A stretch of 64,000 bases of DNA from Clostridia bacterium (GTDB lineage Bacteria; Bacillota; Clostridia; Oscillospirales; CAG-272), in contig JAFTBN010000017.1 of assembly GCA_017455185.1 (NCBI GenBank), positions 10,430 to 74,429 on the forward strand, given 5' to 3'. The translations under genes were made by a program, and so were the position numbers. Positions 25,295 to 34,408 of the stretch are shown in pieces (positions within the stretch are counted from its first letter, which is position 1; every line of letters starts with the position of its first letter). The notes under the pieces were generated by a model. The model was not told the origin of the DNA. It worked only from the letters and a program-made list of their open reading frames with translations, and searched no databases.

Positions 25295-27052
25295 ATGGCA
25301 AACATTCCTGATAATCATTTGCTTCGGATTCGGAATTTCTCAACCCTGACCGAGCAGACCGCTCAAACAATCATCGACCAACTTGGCCTGAAAGTCCCGG
25401 TCAGGACGCTGATCCAGTTGAGCCTCAAGTTCAAATCCCTGCATCAGAGCGACCCTACAATCGACGAAATGCTGTTTTTGGACGCCTATCTGACAAGCAT
25501 CCGAACCTTTCCGCTTCGGATGACCATCTCCGAATTTGAAACCACATCCCCGGAAATGGCGGAAACGCAAAAGGACGTCTTTCGCAAAAGAAAGATGGAA
25601 CCTGTTCTTCAGAAAAGCAATCCCTTCCTGAGCAACCTGTTTCCTCTGGCGGCCAAAGCGGCTTATCTGGCCAACCACAAAAACGGGGAAACCCGCGACA
25701 TAGAGACGGATTCTTTGCTCTATCTGACATCCAGCCCCCGCATGGACCGGGTCCAGCTTGGCAAAAAGACCCTGGAGCGTGCCATCTTTGCCAAAAATCA
25801 TAAAATGCTTCAATCGCTCCGGGAAGATTTTTACTCCCATTTTTCCACTCTGATGCAAACCCGGAGCAAATTCAAAGGAAACAATGTTTACGATGTTCTT
25901 TGGGTACACCGGCCCGAAGAAATGACCGAAAGCACGTTTGATTCGGTCCTCTATCGTCTCAACCGCTCTCTTCACATGAACGACTGTATGTGGATTCTTC
26001 ACCCCGGCGACAAGCATTATTTTATGGACCTGCTCGATCTTCCTTTCGGAATTCAATGGCAGTACCCAAACACCTCGGTTCTGTCTGAACTGCTTGAAGC
26101 GACCTGTGACTCCGCCTTTTTCTTTGTACAGAAGTCACGCTCAGGAGAAATGCGGAACCGGCTGCTCACGGAAGGTCTTGAAGCCATACCGGTCGGATCC
26201 GGAACCAAAGAAAGGACACTGCAGCTTCAGAATGAAAAAGTCAGCGTCCATCTGCCCTATCATCTGCTGAGCGGACTGACGGAATGGGTTTCCTACAAGG
26301 TCCGTATTCCCGAATTTCCAGCGTTACCCCCGGTTGTACGGACTGAAATATCGGACAGTGGAAATGCTCTTTTGTGCTGCCTTGAACAAGCCGGGAACAA
26401 TCCCTATCTGGCTGCCCAATTCCTGTATGTCTATCTTTCGCTCTGGCAGGCCTTGTCCGGACGCGTAACAGACGACGCCGAGTTTACCATTCAACTGCCG
26501 AACACTCTGTACCCAGAAGAATTGCATATGGATTATCCGTTTGTTCTGGGATTGTACCGCGCCATTTGCGAAACGGGCGTTTGGAAATCCTCCTTGAGCA
26601 TCAACTCGTCGTCCCCTGAAATCAGTGGCGCTTTCTTCCTTCCCAAGAATGCATTGTGTTCCCCCACCCCGGGCAATCGGTTCTATCTTCTGCCCCTCTT
26701 TTACGCAGACTCTCTCCATCCGGATTATTCCTCTTTCAGAGATGCGTACCTCCGGCTGCAAAAAGCCGAAGTGGCGGGTGCTTTGCATGGCATCCCCCTG
26801 CTGAATCAGTCTCCTGCGGACGCGCTTGAAGCTGTATTCCCGGGGAAGTCACCGGACGATTTGCCGGACGACTCCGTTCCTCTGGGCGTGCTCGTCTGGA
26901 CGGACACTCCCCTGGAGGAACCTTTCATCGCTCTTACGAAATCGAAAGAGCCGGAATGCCTTCCCAACCGTGGAGAGGAGCCCCTTCCGGATGAACCGGG
27001 AGCAGAAGAACCCCAGACCCCGGAAAGTCGAAACACAGAGGATGACGAATAA
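25295..27052 (+). CDS. hypothetical protein (585 aa), translationally coupled to mtaB
   Basis: ATG 25295 lies 2 nt after the mtaB stop. There is no signal peptide or TM, and the C-terminal tail is acidic and Pro-rich. Only weak PurL-like motif echoes are present (see findings). Confidence 0.7.
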   Translation: MANIPDNHLLRIRNFSTLTEQTAQTIIDQLGLKVPVRTLIQLSLKFKSLHQSDPTIDEMLFLDAYLTSIRTFPLRMTISEFETTSPEMAETQKDVFRKRKMEPVLQKSNPFLSNLFPLAAKAAYLANHKNGETRDIETDSLLYLTSSPRMDRVQLGKKTLERAIFAKNHKMLQSLREDFYSHFSTLMQTRSKFKGNNVYDVLWVHRPEEMTESTFDSVLYRLNRSLHMNDCMWILHPGDKHYFMDLLDLPFGIQWQYPNTSVLSELLEATCDSAFFFVQKSRSGEMRNRLLTEGLEAIPVGSGTKERTLQLQNEKVSVHLPYHLLSGLTEWVSYKVRIPEFPALPPVVRTEISDSGNALLCCLEQAGNNPYLAAQFLYVYLSLWQALSGRVTDDAEFTIQLPNTLYPEELHMDYPFVLGLYRAICETGVWKSSLSINSSSPEISGAFFLPKNALCSPTPGNRFYLLPLFYADSLHPDYSSFRDAYLRLQKAEVAGALHGIPLLNQSPADALEAVFPGKSPDDLPDDSVPLGVLVWTDTPLEEPFIALTKSKEPECLPNRGEEPLPDEPGAEEPQTPESRNTEDDE

Positions 27053-27065
27053 CGGCTTTACGCCA

Positions 27066-27105
27066 AAGAAGGCGGAAACTCATCTTTCCGCCTTCTTTTC
27101 TTTTT
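27066..27105 (+). terminator. terminator after the 585-aa ORF (hairpin spans the coaD stop codon)
   Basis: AAGAAGGCGGAAA-ctcatc-TTTCCGCCTTCTT followed by a T-rich run. Confidence 0.6.
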
Positions 27106-27586
27106 CTTTCAGAAGCCTTTCCAAAAAGGCATACATTTCCTCCGAAATGTAGTCGGAACAGTTTTCTTTTGCTCCCGCTTTCAACTGCTCCCGGACATAG
27201 GTCGCATTCACTTTTGCAAGTTCCGCAGGAGATGGGATGAGAATGGTTTCCACTCCGTGAGCCCGGTTGTATTCTGCCTGCAACAGCTCATACCCGCAAT
27301 CCTTTTCGTCTCTTATCCCTTTGAGAATAAAATTGAACCGATGCTTTTTGCAAAACTCATACAGCATTTCATGCGAGGACAGGACGTTTACGCCGCTCAG
27401 ACCGGAACAGGACCTTTTCGCAATCTGCTCCCGCTCTTCCAGCGAAAACAGATAAGTCTTTTCCCGGTTATCCAGCACCGCCACAGTAACCTGCCCGAAC
27501 AGGTCCAAAGCCCTCTGAACCAGAAACAAATGACCTTTCGTAAACGGGTCAAAACTGCCCGCAATCAAAACGCGAGGCATTTTCAT
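27080..27586 (-). CDS. coaD: phosphopantetheine adenylyltransferase
   Basis: It has the GSFDPFTKGH nucleotidyltransferase motif. The start overlaps the rsmD stop (ATGA). Confidence 0.95.
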   Translation of the reverse strand: MKMPRVLIAGSFDPFTKGHLFLVQRALDLFGQVTVAVLDNREKTYLFSLEEREQIAKRSCSGLSGVNVLSSHEMLYEFCKKHRFNFILKGIRDEKDCGYELLQAEYNRAHGVETILIPSPAELAKVNATYVREQLKAGAKENCSDYISEEMYAFLERLLKEKEKKAER

Positions 27587-28137
27587 TCCCTCCTTTGCAA
27601 AATAAACAAACGGCAGAAACTGTAATGCGCGCTCTTTTTCACATCGAACCGTTCTTCCAGTTCCGCATCGCCTTCAAAAAGATTGTCGTAATCCGTTTCG
27701 CATACAACATATGCACCCGGATTCAGGGAGTCATAATCCAGAAGCGTATGCAAAATATCCCGGATGATGTGCATGGAAAACGGAGGATCCAGATAGACCA
27801 GATCGTATCTGCGGCCGGCGCCGTAAAGAAACGCTTTCCAATCACTCCTGTATACAAATCCCCCAGACAGCTTCGTTTTTTCCAGGTTTCGGCGGACAAT
27901 CCCGCAGGCATCCTCGGAACAGTCCACGAAATCCGCCTTTGCGGCGCCCCGGCTCAAAGCTTCCAGTCCCATCTGTCCGGAGCCGGCGAACAAATCCAGG
28001 ACCGAGCAACCCTGAATCTGATATTGAAGAGAGGAAAAAACCGCCTCCTTGGTCCTTTCCATGGTTGGTCTTGTTGAATCCCCGGGCAAAGAATCCAGCC
28101 GGACTCCTTTTGCCTTTCCCGTAATAATTCGCATCAT
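27583..28137 (-). CDS. rsmD: 16S rRNA (guanine966-N2)-methyltransferase
   Basis: MRIITGKAKG..., the SAM motif DLFAGSGQMGLEALSRGA and YLDPPF. The rsmD-coaD pairing is conserved. Confidence 0.93.
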   Translation of the reverse strand: MMRIITGKAKGVRLDSLPGDSTRPTMERTKEAVFSSLQYQIQGCSVLDLFAGSGQMGLEALSRGAAKADFVDCSEDACGIVRRNLEKTKLSGGFVYRSDWKAFLYGAGRRYDLVYLDPPFSMHIIRDILHTLLDYDSLNPGAYVVCETDYDNLFEGDAELEERFDVKKSAHYSFCRLFILQRRE

Positions 28138-28910
28138 ATGCCTGTGGCTCCTTGTACTCTTGCCAGCGCATCCAGCGCAAGGCAGAACAATTTGATTCGG
28201 TTGGACGTGTCAAGATAAAAATTTCGTTCGTCGTACCCCGTACCGGACAGGAACGGACCGCTGTAAAACATTTCGCAAAACGAAGCCTTTCGCGCCTTGG
28301 CAACTGCCATCAGGGCGGAAGCCTCCATATCCGTCACGGAACAACCCCGGGCCATCATGGATTCAATCCGGCCTGGAGTACGTCTGAAATAGCCGTCCGT
28401 CGTCCAGCTTGTAACTTCCGAGTACGGCACCCCGTTCAGATGCAGCACTTCGCGGCAGGTCTTGCACAATTCCCCTGACGCCTCTACAAACGGCCCGGCG
28501 GGCAGATACTGGTAAGAGGTGCCTTCATCCCGGAACGCTTTCGTGCAAAGGAAGATTTCCCCCTCGTATCCTTCCTTCATGGAGATGCAGGAAGCGCATC
28601 CGATGGCATACCGAACCCCGCGGCCGAACAAAAAGTCGAGCTGCATTGCGGCAACCGGAGCTCCGTTGCCCATCAGGGTCAGCGCAAGATCGGTCTCCCG
28701 ATGACGGATTTTGTAAATGGGAAACACCCGCATTTCGGGTGAAAAATGCGCTATTTCCTCCCCGCCGAACTCTGCCACCATACTTTTGAGTACATCTTCA
28801 AATTGGGTCAGAAGGCAGAAAGCCGGCAAATCCTTTTCCGGCTCGATTGGCGAAAGAGGGGTGTTCTGCGCTGGGTCATATGCAAATGGCAACCGGTCCG
28901 AATCAGTCAT
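28134..28910 (-). CDS. PNP/UDP-family nucleoside phosphorylase-like protein
   Basis: 258 aa with motifs GNGAPVAAMQLDFLFGRGVRYAIGCASC, AFRDEGTSYQY and VTDMEASALMAVA. It has 4-nt overlaps with uvrC upstream and rsmD downstream. Confidence 0.8.
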   Translation of the reverse strand: MTDSDRLPFAYDPAQNTPLSPIEPEKDLPAFCLLTQFEDVLKSMVAEFGGEEIAHFSPEMRVFPIYKIRHRETDLALTLMGNGAPVAAMQLDFLFGRGVRYAIGCASCISMKEGYEGEIFLCTKAFRDEGTSYQYLPAGPFVEASGELCKTCREVLHLNGVPYSEVTSWTTDGYFRRTPGRIESMMARGCSVTDMEASALMAVAKARKASFCEMFYSGPFLSGTGYDERNFYLDTSNRIKLFCLALDALARVQGATGI

Positions 28911-30769
28911 TTTGTTTCCTTCTCTCCGTTTTTGTGGTAATAGGAATAGACCGCCTGCGCATCCGATGCGGAAACGCCTTTTATGCGCTGCAGTTCTTCA
29001 GCCGATGCCTGCTTGACTGCGGACAGTGTCTTCATTTCCCTGAGAATCTGCTTTGCTTTGGCAGGGCCAATTCCGTTTATCTTTTCCAGTACGCTGTGTC
29101 TGAGTGTCTTGCGTTTGGCCGAATCCATTTGACTGACGCTGAACCGGTGGACTTCATCCTGAATCTTATAAATCAGGGTAAAGACGTTCTGTTCCCGCGC
29201 AATACTGATTTCCTCTTCATCCGTGCAAAGGGCGCGCGTTTTGTGGAAATCGTCCTTGACCATTCCGAAAACCGGGATTTCCAGTCCCATCTCCTGCATC
29301 AGTTCCCTGACCACATGAACGTGTCCTTTCCCGCCATCCAGGAGAATCAGGTCGGGATATTTGGAAAATGAGCCTTTTTCATCCTGCAGATGGGTCAGCC
29401 TGCGCTCAAGCACTTCCCGCATGCTCTTGTAATCATCCGTTGTGTCCACCACCGATTTAACCCGGAAAACACGGTAATCCGATTTATTGAATTTACCGTC
29501 CTCGCATACAATCATCCCGGCGGTAATGTACTCGGTCCCCAGATTGGAAATATCATAGGATTCAATCCGGGAAGGATAGGATTCGAGACGGAGCAGTTCA
29601 GCCAGCCGGAGCAGCACTTCGCTGTCCTTTTCGCTTTGCCGCTTGTACTCCCGCACGCTCTCTTTCGCATTTTCAACAGCCAGGTCGCAAAGACGCTTCA
29701 AATCGCCCCGCCTGGGAGTGAAAACTTCCGTTTTCCGGACCGAAAGCCGGGTCAGGAATTGGTTGACAGTGGCACTTTCCTCTTCGTCCATGTCAAACGA
29801 CAAAAGAATCTTGGACGGAATATAGGCGTTCTGCCGATAGAAATCGCAAATAAAGGACCCCATTTCGGACGCACCCGTTATCTGGCCTGCACCGAAAAGA
29901 TAGGAAACATGATCCCTGACGCGGCCGTCCCGGACGTACAGAATGTAAACGCAGGATGCGTAATCATCCTCATACAGACCGATGACGTCGTGCTCGGTTC
30001 CGGGTGCCGCAACGACCTGCTGCGTCTTCCGCAAAGCCTCAAGAGCGCGGATGGTATCCCGCGCTTTGGCGGCAGCCTCGAAATTTTCATTGTCGGCGAA
30101 ATCCATCATTTCCTTGGTCAGTTTGTCGGTGACAATCTGCGTCTGTCCGTTCAGGACTTCAACCGCCCGGTCCATCAGCGCCCGGTATTCTTCCTTGGTG
30201 CAGCCGCCGGTACAGACTCCGCAGCATTGCTTCAGCTGATAGTACAGACAGGGCCGGCCCTTGCCGATATCTTCCGGGAAGCGACGGGTGCAGGACGGAA
30301 TGCCCAGCGCCTTTTGCAGCAGATGCAAAATGGAAAAAGCGGTGGATACACCCGAAAACGGCCCGAAATACCGGGCTTTATCGTTTTCCCTCTTTCGCGT
30401 AAACCGGATTGCGGGATATTCGTCCGCCGTTACTTTGAGATACGGATAGGATTTCGCATCTTTGAGTCGGATGTTGTAACGCGGAACGTATTGCTTGATC
30501 AGAGTGTTTTCAAGAGACAAAGCCTCAATTTCGGTATGGCACACCATGAAATCGAAATTGGCGACCGACGCAACCATATGGGCCGTTTTGGTATTTTTCT
30601 CCGAATTCTGGAAATATTGCGAGACCCGGTTCTTCAGGTGTTTCGATTTGCCGACATAAATCACGTTGCCCCGTTTATCCTTCATGATATAAACGCCTGG
30701 AGTCAGAGGAAGATGATTGGCCTTGTCCAGCAATTCCTCCTTATTCAAAACAGTGATTGTGTCACTCAC
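28907..30769 (-). CDS. uvrC: excinuclease ABC subunit C
   Basis: 620 aa with a GIY-YIG N-terminus (PGVYIMKDKRGNVIYVGKSKHLKNRVSQYF), a UVR domain and a C-terminal HhH. GTG start at 30769 with GGAGG 7 nt upstream. Confidence 0.97.
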   Translation of the reverse strand: MSDTITVLNKEELLDKANHLPLTPGVYIMKDKRGNVIYVGKSKHLKNRVSQYFQNSEKNTKTAHMVASVANFDFMVCHTEIEALSLENTLIKQYVPRYNIRLKDAKSYPYLKVTADEYPAIRFTRKRENDKARYFGPFSGVSTAFSILHLLQKALGIPSCTRRFPEDIGKGRPCLYYQLKQCCGVCTGGCTKEEYRALMDRAVEVLNGQTQIVTDKLTKEMMDFADNENFEAAAKARDTIRALEALRKTQQVVAAPGTEHDVIGLYEDDYASCVYILYVRDGRVRDHVSYLFGAGQITGASEMGSFICDFYRQNAYIPSKILLSFDMDEEESATVNQFLTRLSVRKTEVFTPRRGDLKRLCDLAVENAKESVREYKRQSEKDSEVLLRLAELLRLESYPSRIESYDISNLGTEYITAGMIVCEDGKFNKSDYRVFRVKSVVDTTDDYKSMREVLERRLTHLQDEKGSFSKYPDLILLDGGKGHVHVVRELMQEMGLEIPVFGMVKDDFHKTRALCTDEEEISIAREQNVFTLIYKIQDEVHRFSVSQMDSAKRKTLRHSVLEKINGIGPAKAKQILREMKTLSAVKQASAEELQRIKGVSASDAQAVYSYYHKNGEKETK

Positions 30770-30785
30770 AATTCAACCTCCGTTA

Positions 30786-30832
30786 CAAAAAATGCGTGGG
30801 TCAACCGCAAAGAACTGATCCACGCTTTTTTA
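30786..30832 (-). terminator. terminator after ptsH
   Basis: GCGTGG...20-nt loop...CCACGC, flanked by A6 and T6 runs. It is located between the ptsH stop and the uvrC start. Confidence 0.5.
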
Positions 30833-30846
30833 TCAAGCCGTTTGTT

Positions 30847-31110
30847 TTATTCGGCAAACCCTTTGTCAATCAATTGAGAAATGCCTTCCAATGCTTCGTT
30901 TTCATCCTGGCCGTCTGCGGTCAGTTTAATGGTCATCCCCTTGGCAATGCCCAAGGAAAGAACGCCAAGCAGACTCTTGGCATTGACTTTTCGATCGTCT
31001 TTCTCAACCCAGATGGTCGAACGGTATTTGTTCGCCTCCTGAATAAAGAATGTAGCCGGACGGGCATGAAGTCCGCTGTTATTCGTAATGACCAAATATC
31101 TGGAAGTCAT
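30847..31110 (-). CDS. ptsH: phosphocarrier protein HPr
   Basis: 87 aa with His15 in SGLHARPA and Ser46 in NAKSLLGV. Confidence 0.93.
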   Translation of the reverse strand: MTSRYLVITNNSGLHARPATFFIQEANKYRSTIWVEKDDRKVNAKSLLGVLSLGIAKGMTIKLTADGQDENEALEGISQLIDKGFAE

Positions 31111-31253
31111 TGTTTGCTTCGCTCTCCTATAAAAACAGATTTAATCACATAGTAAGTATAGCAAATGAAAAATGGAAAATCAAGAGTGAATTATTTAAAT
31201 AATTGAACGCCAAAGATTCTCCCTCTTGTATAAATTGCATATAAAATCAAGAA

Positions 31254-31766
31254 TTAATTGCTTTGCAGAACCTCTATATCGGTGATTTTCAACACAAAAT
31301 CCGCAAATTTGGTATGCACATTCCATTCCTGTCCGGGAAGAATCTGAATCTTTCCGTTCAAAAGCAGCGTGTTTTCGGAAGAAAGATCTCCTGTTGTATT
31401 GATGATTCCGGTCAGGCTGCGGACGGAATCGTCCGGATTTGCAACCGTGACAAAGATTCCCTGCTCGTTTTTCAGAATCAGCTGCGATTCGGAACTCACA
31501 GCCATCTGAAAAGAGCCAAGAGGGGTTCCGTCTTCCATCCAAACCATATCGCCGAATTCAATGGTGGATACAGCGGAGGTCGAAATCGCATCAACCTTGT
31601 AATGCACCTGGAACGAAACGTCCGCTTTGACGTTGTCGTTCTGGTTGGGAATGAGGGCAATGACAATCATTGCCACAATGCAGAGAATCAGGACGATGCC
31701 GATGACGATGTCGAAATAATTGAATTTACGCTCTCTGCCTTCCAGATTTGTATCTTCACGTGCCAT
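31254..31766 (-). CDS. DUF4330-like single-pass membrane protein
   Basis: The start was moved to ATG 31766 (GAGGGGGA RBS). It has KFNYFDIVIGIVLILCIVAMIV near the N-terminus and then a beta-rich domain of about 120 aa. The family assignment is from memory of the GK.N..D...I motif. Confidence 0.5.
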   Translation of the reverse strand: MAREDTNLEGRERKFNYFDIVIGIVLILCIVAMIVIALIPNQNDNVKADVSFQVHYKVDAISTSAVSTIEFGDMVWMEDGTPLGSFQMAVSSESQLILKNEQGIFVTVANPDDSVRSLTGIINTTGDLSSENTLLLNGKIQILPGQEWNVHTKFADFVLKITDIEVLQSN

Positions 31767-31777
31767 ATCAATCCCCC

Positions 31778-32296
31778 TCAATCGCTGAATCCGATGCAAG
31801 TCGCAACGCCTGAATAGGTTGCCGTACTCAGATTGAACCCGGTTCCGATGGCAATCCGTACATCATCCATATAATATCCTTCCGAACGGTTGTCCACTTC
31901 CGCTTCAACGACCACCGTTATGTTCACGCGTGTGTTTTCCGGATACTTCTGCAGAACGGCTCCGCCGGTCGCCTCGTCATAGACCGGTTCCGCGTAGTTC
32001 TCGATGGACTCCACCCGCAGAATCCGTCCCATGTTCAGACTGTCGCCGGTCAGATACAGGTCCTGATTGGCTGCGATTGCGTTCTTGTAAACGGAATCCA
32101 CATTCTCGAACAGCAGCACATAATGAATGGACTGACGGGAAGCATTGGCTTCTTTCCGGCTTTGCAAGCCGAAATATACGCCCAGTCCGATGCCGACGAT
32201 TAACAGCAAAATCAGCAATACATCCACAATATGATTCTTGCCGGATTTGCCCTTGACGCCTTTTTCGTATTTTGGCTTATTCGTATCTTTCGCCAT
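31778..32296 (-). CDS. DUF4330-like single-pass membrane protein (paralog-like neighbour)
   Basis: 172 aa with GKNHIVDVLLILLLIVGIGLGVYF and then a beta-rich domain. It has the same architecture as the downstream gene. Confidence 0.5.
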   Translation of the reverse strand: MAKDTNKPKYEKGVKGKSGKNHIVDVLLILLLIVGIGLGVYFGLQSRKEANASRQSIHYVLLFENVDSVYKNAIAANQDLYLTGDSLNMGRILRVESIENYAEPVYDEATGGAVLQKYPENTRVNITVVVEAEVDNRSEGYYMDDVRIAIGTGFNLSTATYSGVATCIGFSD

Positions 32297-32313
32297 AATG
32301 CTGACTCCCTTCT

Positions 32314-34377
32314 TTACTCGGGTTGAATGACCGTCAGGACCGAGTCATTCTCATATGAAGAAGCATAAATGAAATAATCGTCCTCTTCGTACACGCGTGT
32401 GGTTGCCTCGGCAAATCCGAGAAGCATCCAGAACAAGAAGAAGATGACCGGATTGCCCATGGTGTAATCGAACACACCAGCCACAAGGAATGCCACGACG
32501 CTCGCAAGAACGGCGGCCACCCGTCGTTTCCCTTCCGCGTGATGCGCAACGTGAATGAAGGAAGCGCTCCGCTGGATGAAGATGACGATTGCGCCGACAA
32601 ATCCCGCAATTCCCGCAATGCCGGTTTCAGACAGAATCTGCAAATACAGCATATGAGAATTGCTTGTATTGGTTGCGCCTACCATCGCATAGGATGGATA
32701 AACGTGCATAAACGCCTTTTCTCCCACCCCGATGCCTACGAAGAAATTGTCTTTGATCATGGCCAGCGTGCTCTTCCAGATGTCGGTCCGATACCGTACG
32801 GACGCATCTTCAAGATCGAAAATGCTGAAGAACCGGTTGACAAACGAAAGATTCCATTGCGTGTGAAAGCGTACAAAAAGAATGACGACGGTGGCTATGG
32901 CGGGAACGGCCAGAATGAAACCGGTCAGCGTTTTGTTGCTCATCACCAGCGCAAAGACCAATATGGAAGCCAAAAAACCGATCCAGGCACTGCGTGTCCA
33001 CAGGAAAAACAGCGTAAAGATGACACCGGATTCCAAAATGACAATCAGGATATGGGATACAAGATACTTTCTCTTGCGGAACAGGTATACAAGCGTAATC
33101 GGAAGAAGCAGAATCAGCATGAAGGAGATTTCAGCCGGAGTGGAAAAAATCTCATCCATTTTCTGCGAAGCCGAATTCAGGAAAGAACTGTTGAGATTCC
33201 GGACAAACGGCATCGTCAGCACGGCCCGGACGACTCCGACCATTCCGAGAAGAATGGTGGAAAAGACGATCGTCCCATGCAGACGGTCAAGCAGTTTCTT
33301 GGTTCTCATCAGATTGGCCGTCAGGAAATACCCGATCATCAGGAAGAAATACAGCAGTCCGTTCTGAATGGAACCCGGATTTTTATATCCCGAAAAGCCT
33401 CCGAGCAAAAGCAGAATGCCGTACAGAAACACCGCATAATCCAAAAGGGAGAAATGAATGGTTCTCCGTCCTACCAGCACCTTGACTAAGAAGGACAAAA
33501 ATACGATGCAGCAGATGGAAAGAAGGATGACTTTGGCGTGAGGCGCCACTAAAAGCAGCGGCATGATCAAAGCCAGAAGAATCAATCCGGATTCCGGATT
33601 GTACAGCACACAGAACAACAGAATAATGCCCATCAGAAGCAGGATGCCTTTCAGAGGGCCGGTAAACCAGAGAAGAACGGAAACAGCTGCAGCGGCCAGC
33701 ACGGCCTGCGGGTAGTAGTTCTTCCCCTCCTGCGGTATCTCCTTGAGTTTTCCGTCGCTGATTCCGAGCAGATCCTTGAAGAACAGCCGATACAAACCGC
33801 TGTTCAGGAACACCCAGGCAATCGATGAGCCCGATGTCAGGGCAATCGACAGCAAAAGCAGCAAACCGACAAGCGTGATTCCCGCCCCCGCAACGACGTA
33901 TTCCAGCGGGAACGCGCGGGTCTGGTCCAGGAAATAATAGAACAAACGCGGAAGAACCGTTCCGAACCCGGTCAAAAGGAGGAAGAATCCGAACACGCGG
34001 ACGTGCATACGGAAGAAACCATTGACAACCGACTTGAAAAAGCGCATCAGGAAACTGCTTTCAAACGCCTTGCCGAATACGCCGCGCAGCGCGTCCCAGC
34101 GTTCTCTGCCCGTTTTCTTTACCCTTAGGATTCTCTTTTTGCCTTTTTTCTCTCCGGCAGACTGAGCCGTTTCCTGTCCGGCGGAGCTTCCCTTTTTAAG
34201 GTTGGAGAACAAACCGGATACGGCATGCCTGATTCTCCGGTCCTTTTGTTTATAGGAATGCAGAAACTTTCCGATCAGACTCTTCGACAGACTCCGATAC
34301 AAAAAGGAAGTAAAGGTATTCAGTTTTTTGATGATCCAGCTATTCTCAAGCTGCTGTTGCAATTTGCTCACACCCAT
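32314..34377 (-). CDS. O-antigen ligase (Wzy_C)-family polytopic membrane protein, unusually long
   Basis: 687 aa with more than 12 hydrophobic helices. The Wzy_C-type motif is NTSNSHMLYLQILSETGIAGIAGF, and there is a basic cytoplasmic N-terminal region. Confidence 0.8.
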   Translation of the reverse strand: MGVSKLQQQLENSWIIKKLNTFTSFLYRSLSKSLIGKFLHSYKQKDRRIRHAVSGLFSNLKKGSSAGQETAQSAGEKKGKKRILRVKKTGRERWDALRGVFGKAFESSFLMRFFKSVVNGFFRMHVRVFGFFLLLTGFGTVLPRLFYYFLDQTRAFPLEYVVAGAGITLVGLLLLLSIALTSGSSIAWVFLNSGLYRLFFKDLLGISDGKLKEIPQEGKNYYPQAVLAAAAVSVLLWFTGPLKGILLLMGIILLFCVLYNPESGLILLALIMPLLLVAPHAKVILLSICCIVFLSFLVKVLVGRRTIHFSLLDYAVFLYGILLLLGGFSGYKNPGSIQNGLLYFFLMIGYFLTANLMRTKKLLDRLHGTIVFSTILLGMVGVVRAVLTMPFVRNLNSSFLNSASQKMDEIFSTPAEISFMLILLLPITLVYLFRKRKYLVSHILIVILESGVIFTLFFLWTRSAWIGFLASILVFALVMSNKTLTGFILAVPAIATVVILFVRFHTQWNLSFVNRFFSIFDLEDASVRYRTDIWKSTLAMIKDNFFVGIGVGEKAFMHVYPSYAMVGATNTSNSHMLYLQILSETGIAGIAGFVGAIVIFIQRSASFIHVAHHAEGKRRVAAVLASVVAFLVAGVFDYTMGNPVIFFLFWMLLGFAEATTRVYEEDDYFIYASSYENDSVLTVIQPE

Positions 34378-34408
34378 ACTCCTTTCCGTTATGATCAGAA
34401 GTTTTCAC

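Noticed and set aside
29390-30877. Very long ORFs antisense to real genes. Examples are 29390..30877 opposite uvrC, 39115..40959 opposite the kinase, 43537..45435 opposite the lipoprotein, 50874..52610 opposite addA, 59930..61609 opposite argS, 61660..62754 opposite ybaK/recN and 8306..9181 opposite serS.
   Set aside because: Each is the mirror frame of a gene with clear family motifs. Their translations are low-complexity and rich in R, G, F, V and H, with no motifs, no RBS and no signal sequences. Codon bias on the sense strand removes stop codons on the antisense frame. These are shadow ORFs, not overlapping genes.
31188-31203. Perfect 16-bp palindrome AATTATTTAAATAATT upstream of ptsH, a possible operator.
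   Set aside because: It is pure A/T sequence in an AT-rich spacer, so it is expected by chance. It does not match the cre consensus (TGWAANCGNTNWCA) or any operator I know.
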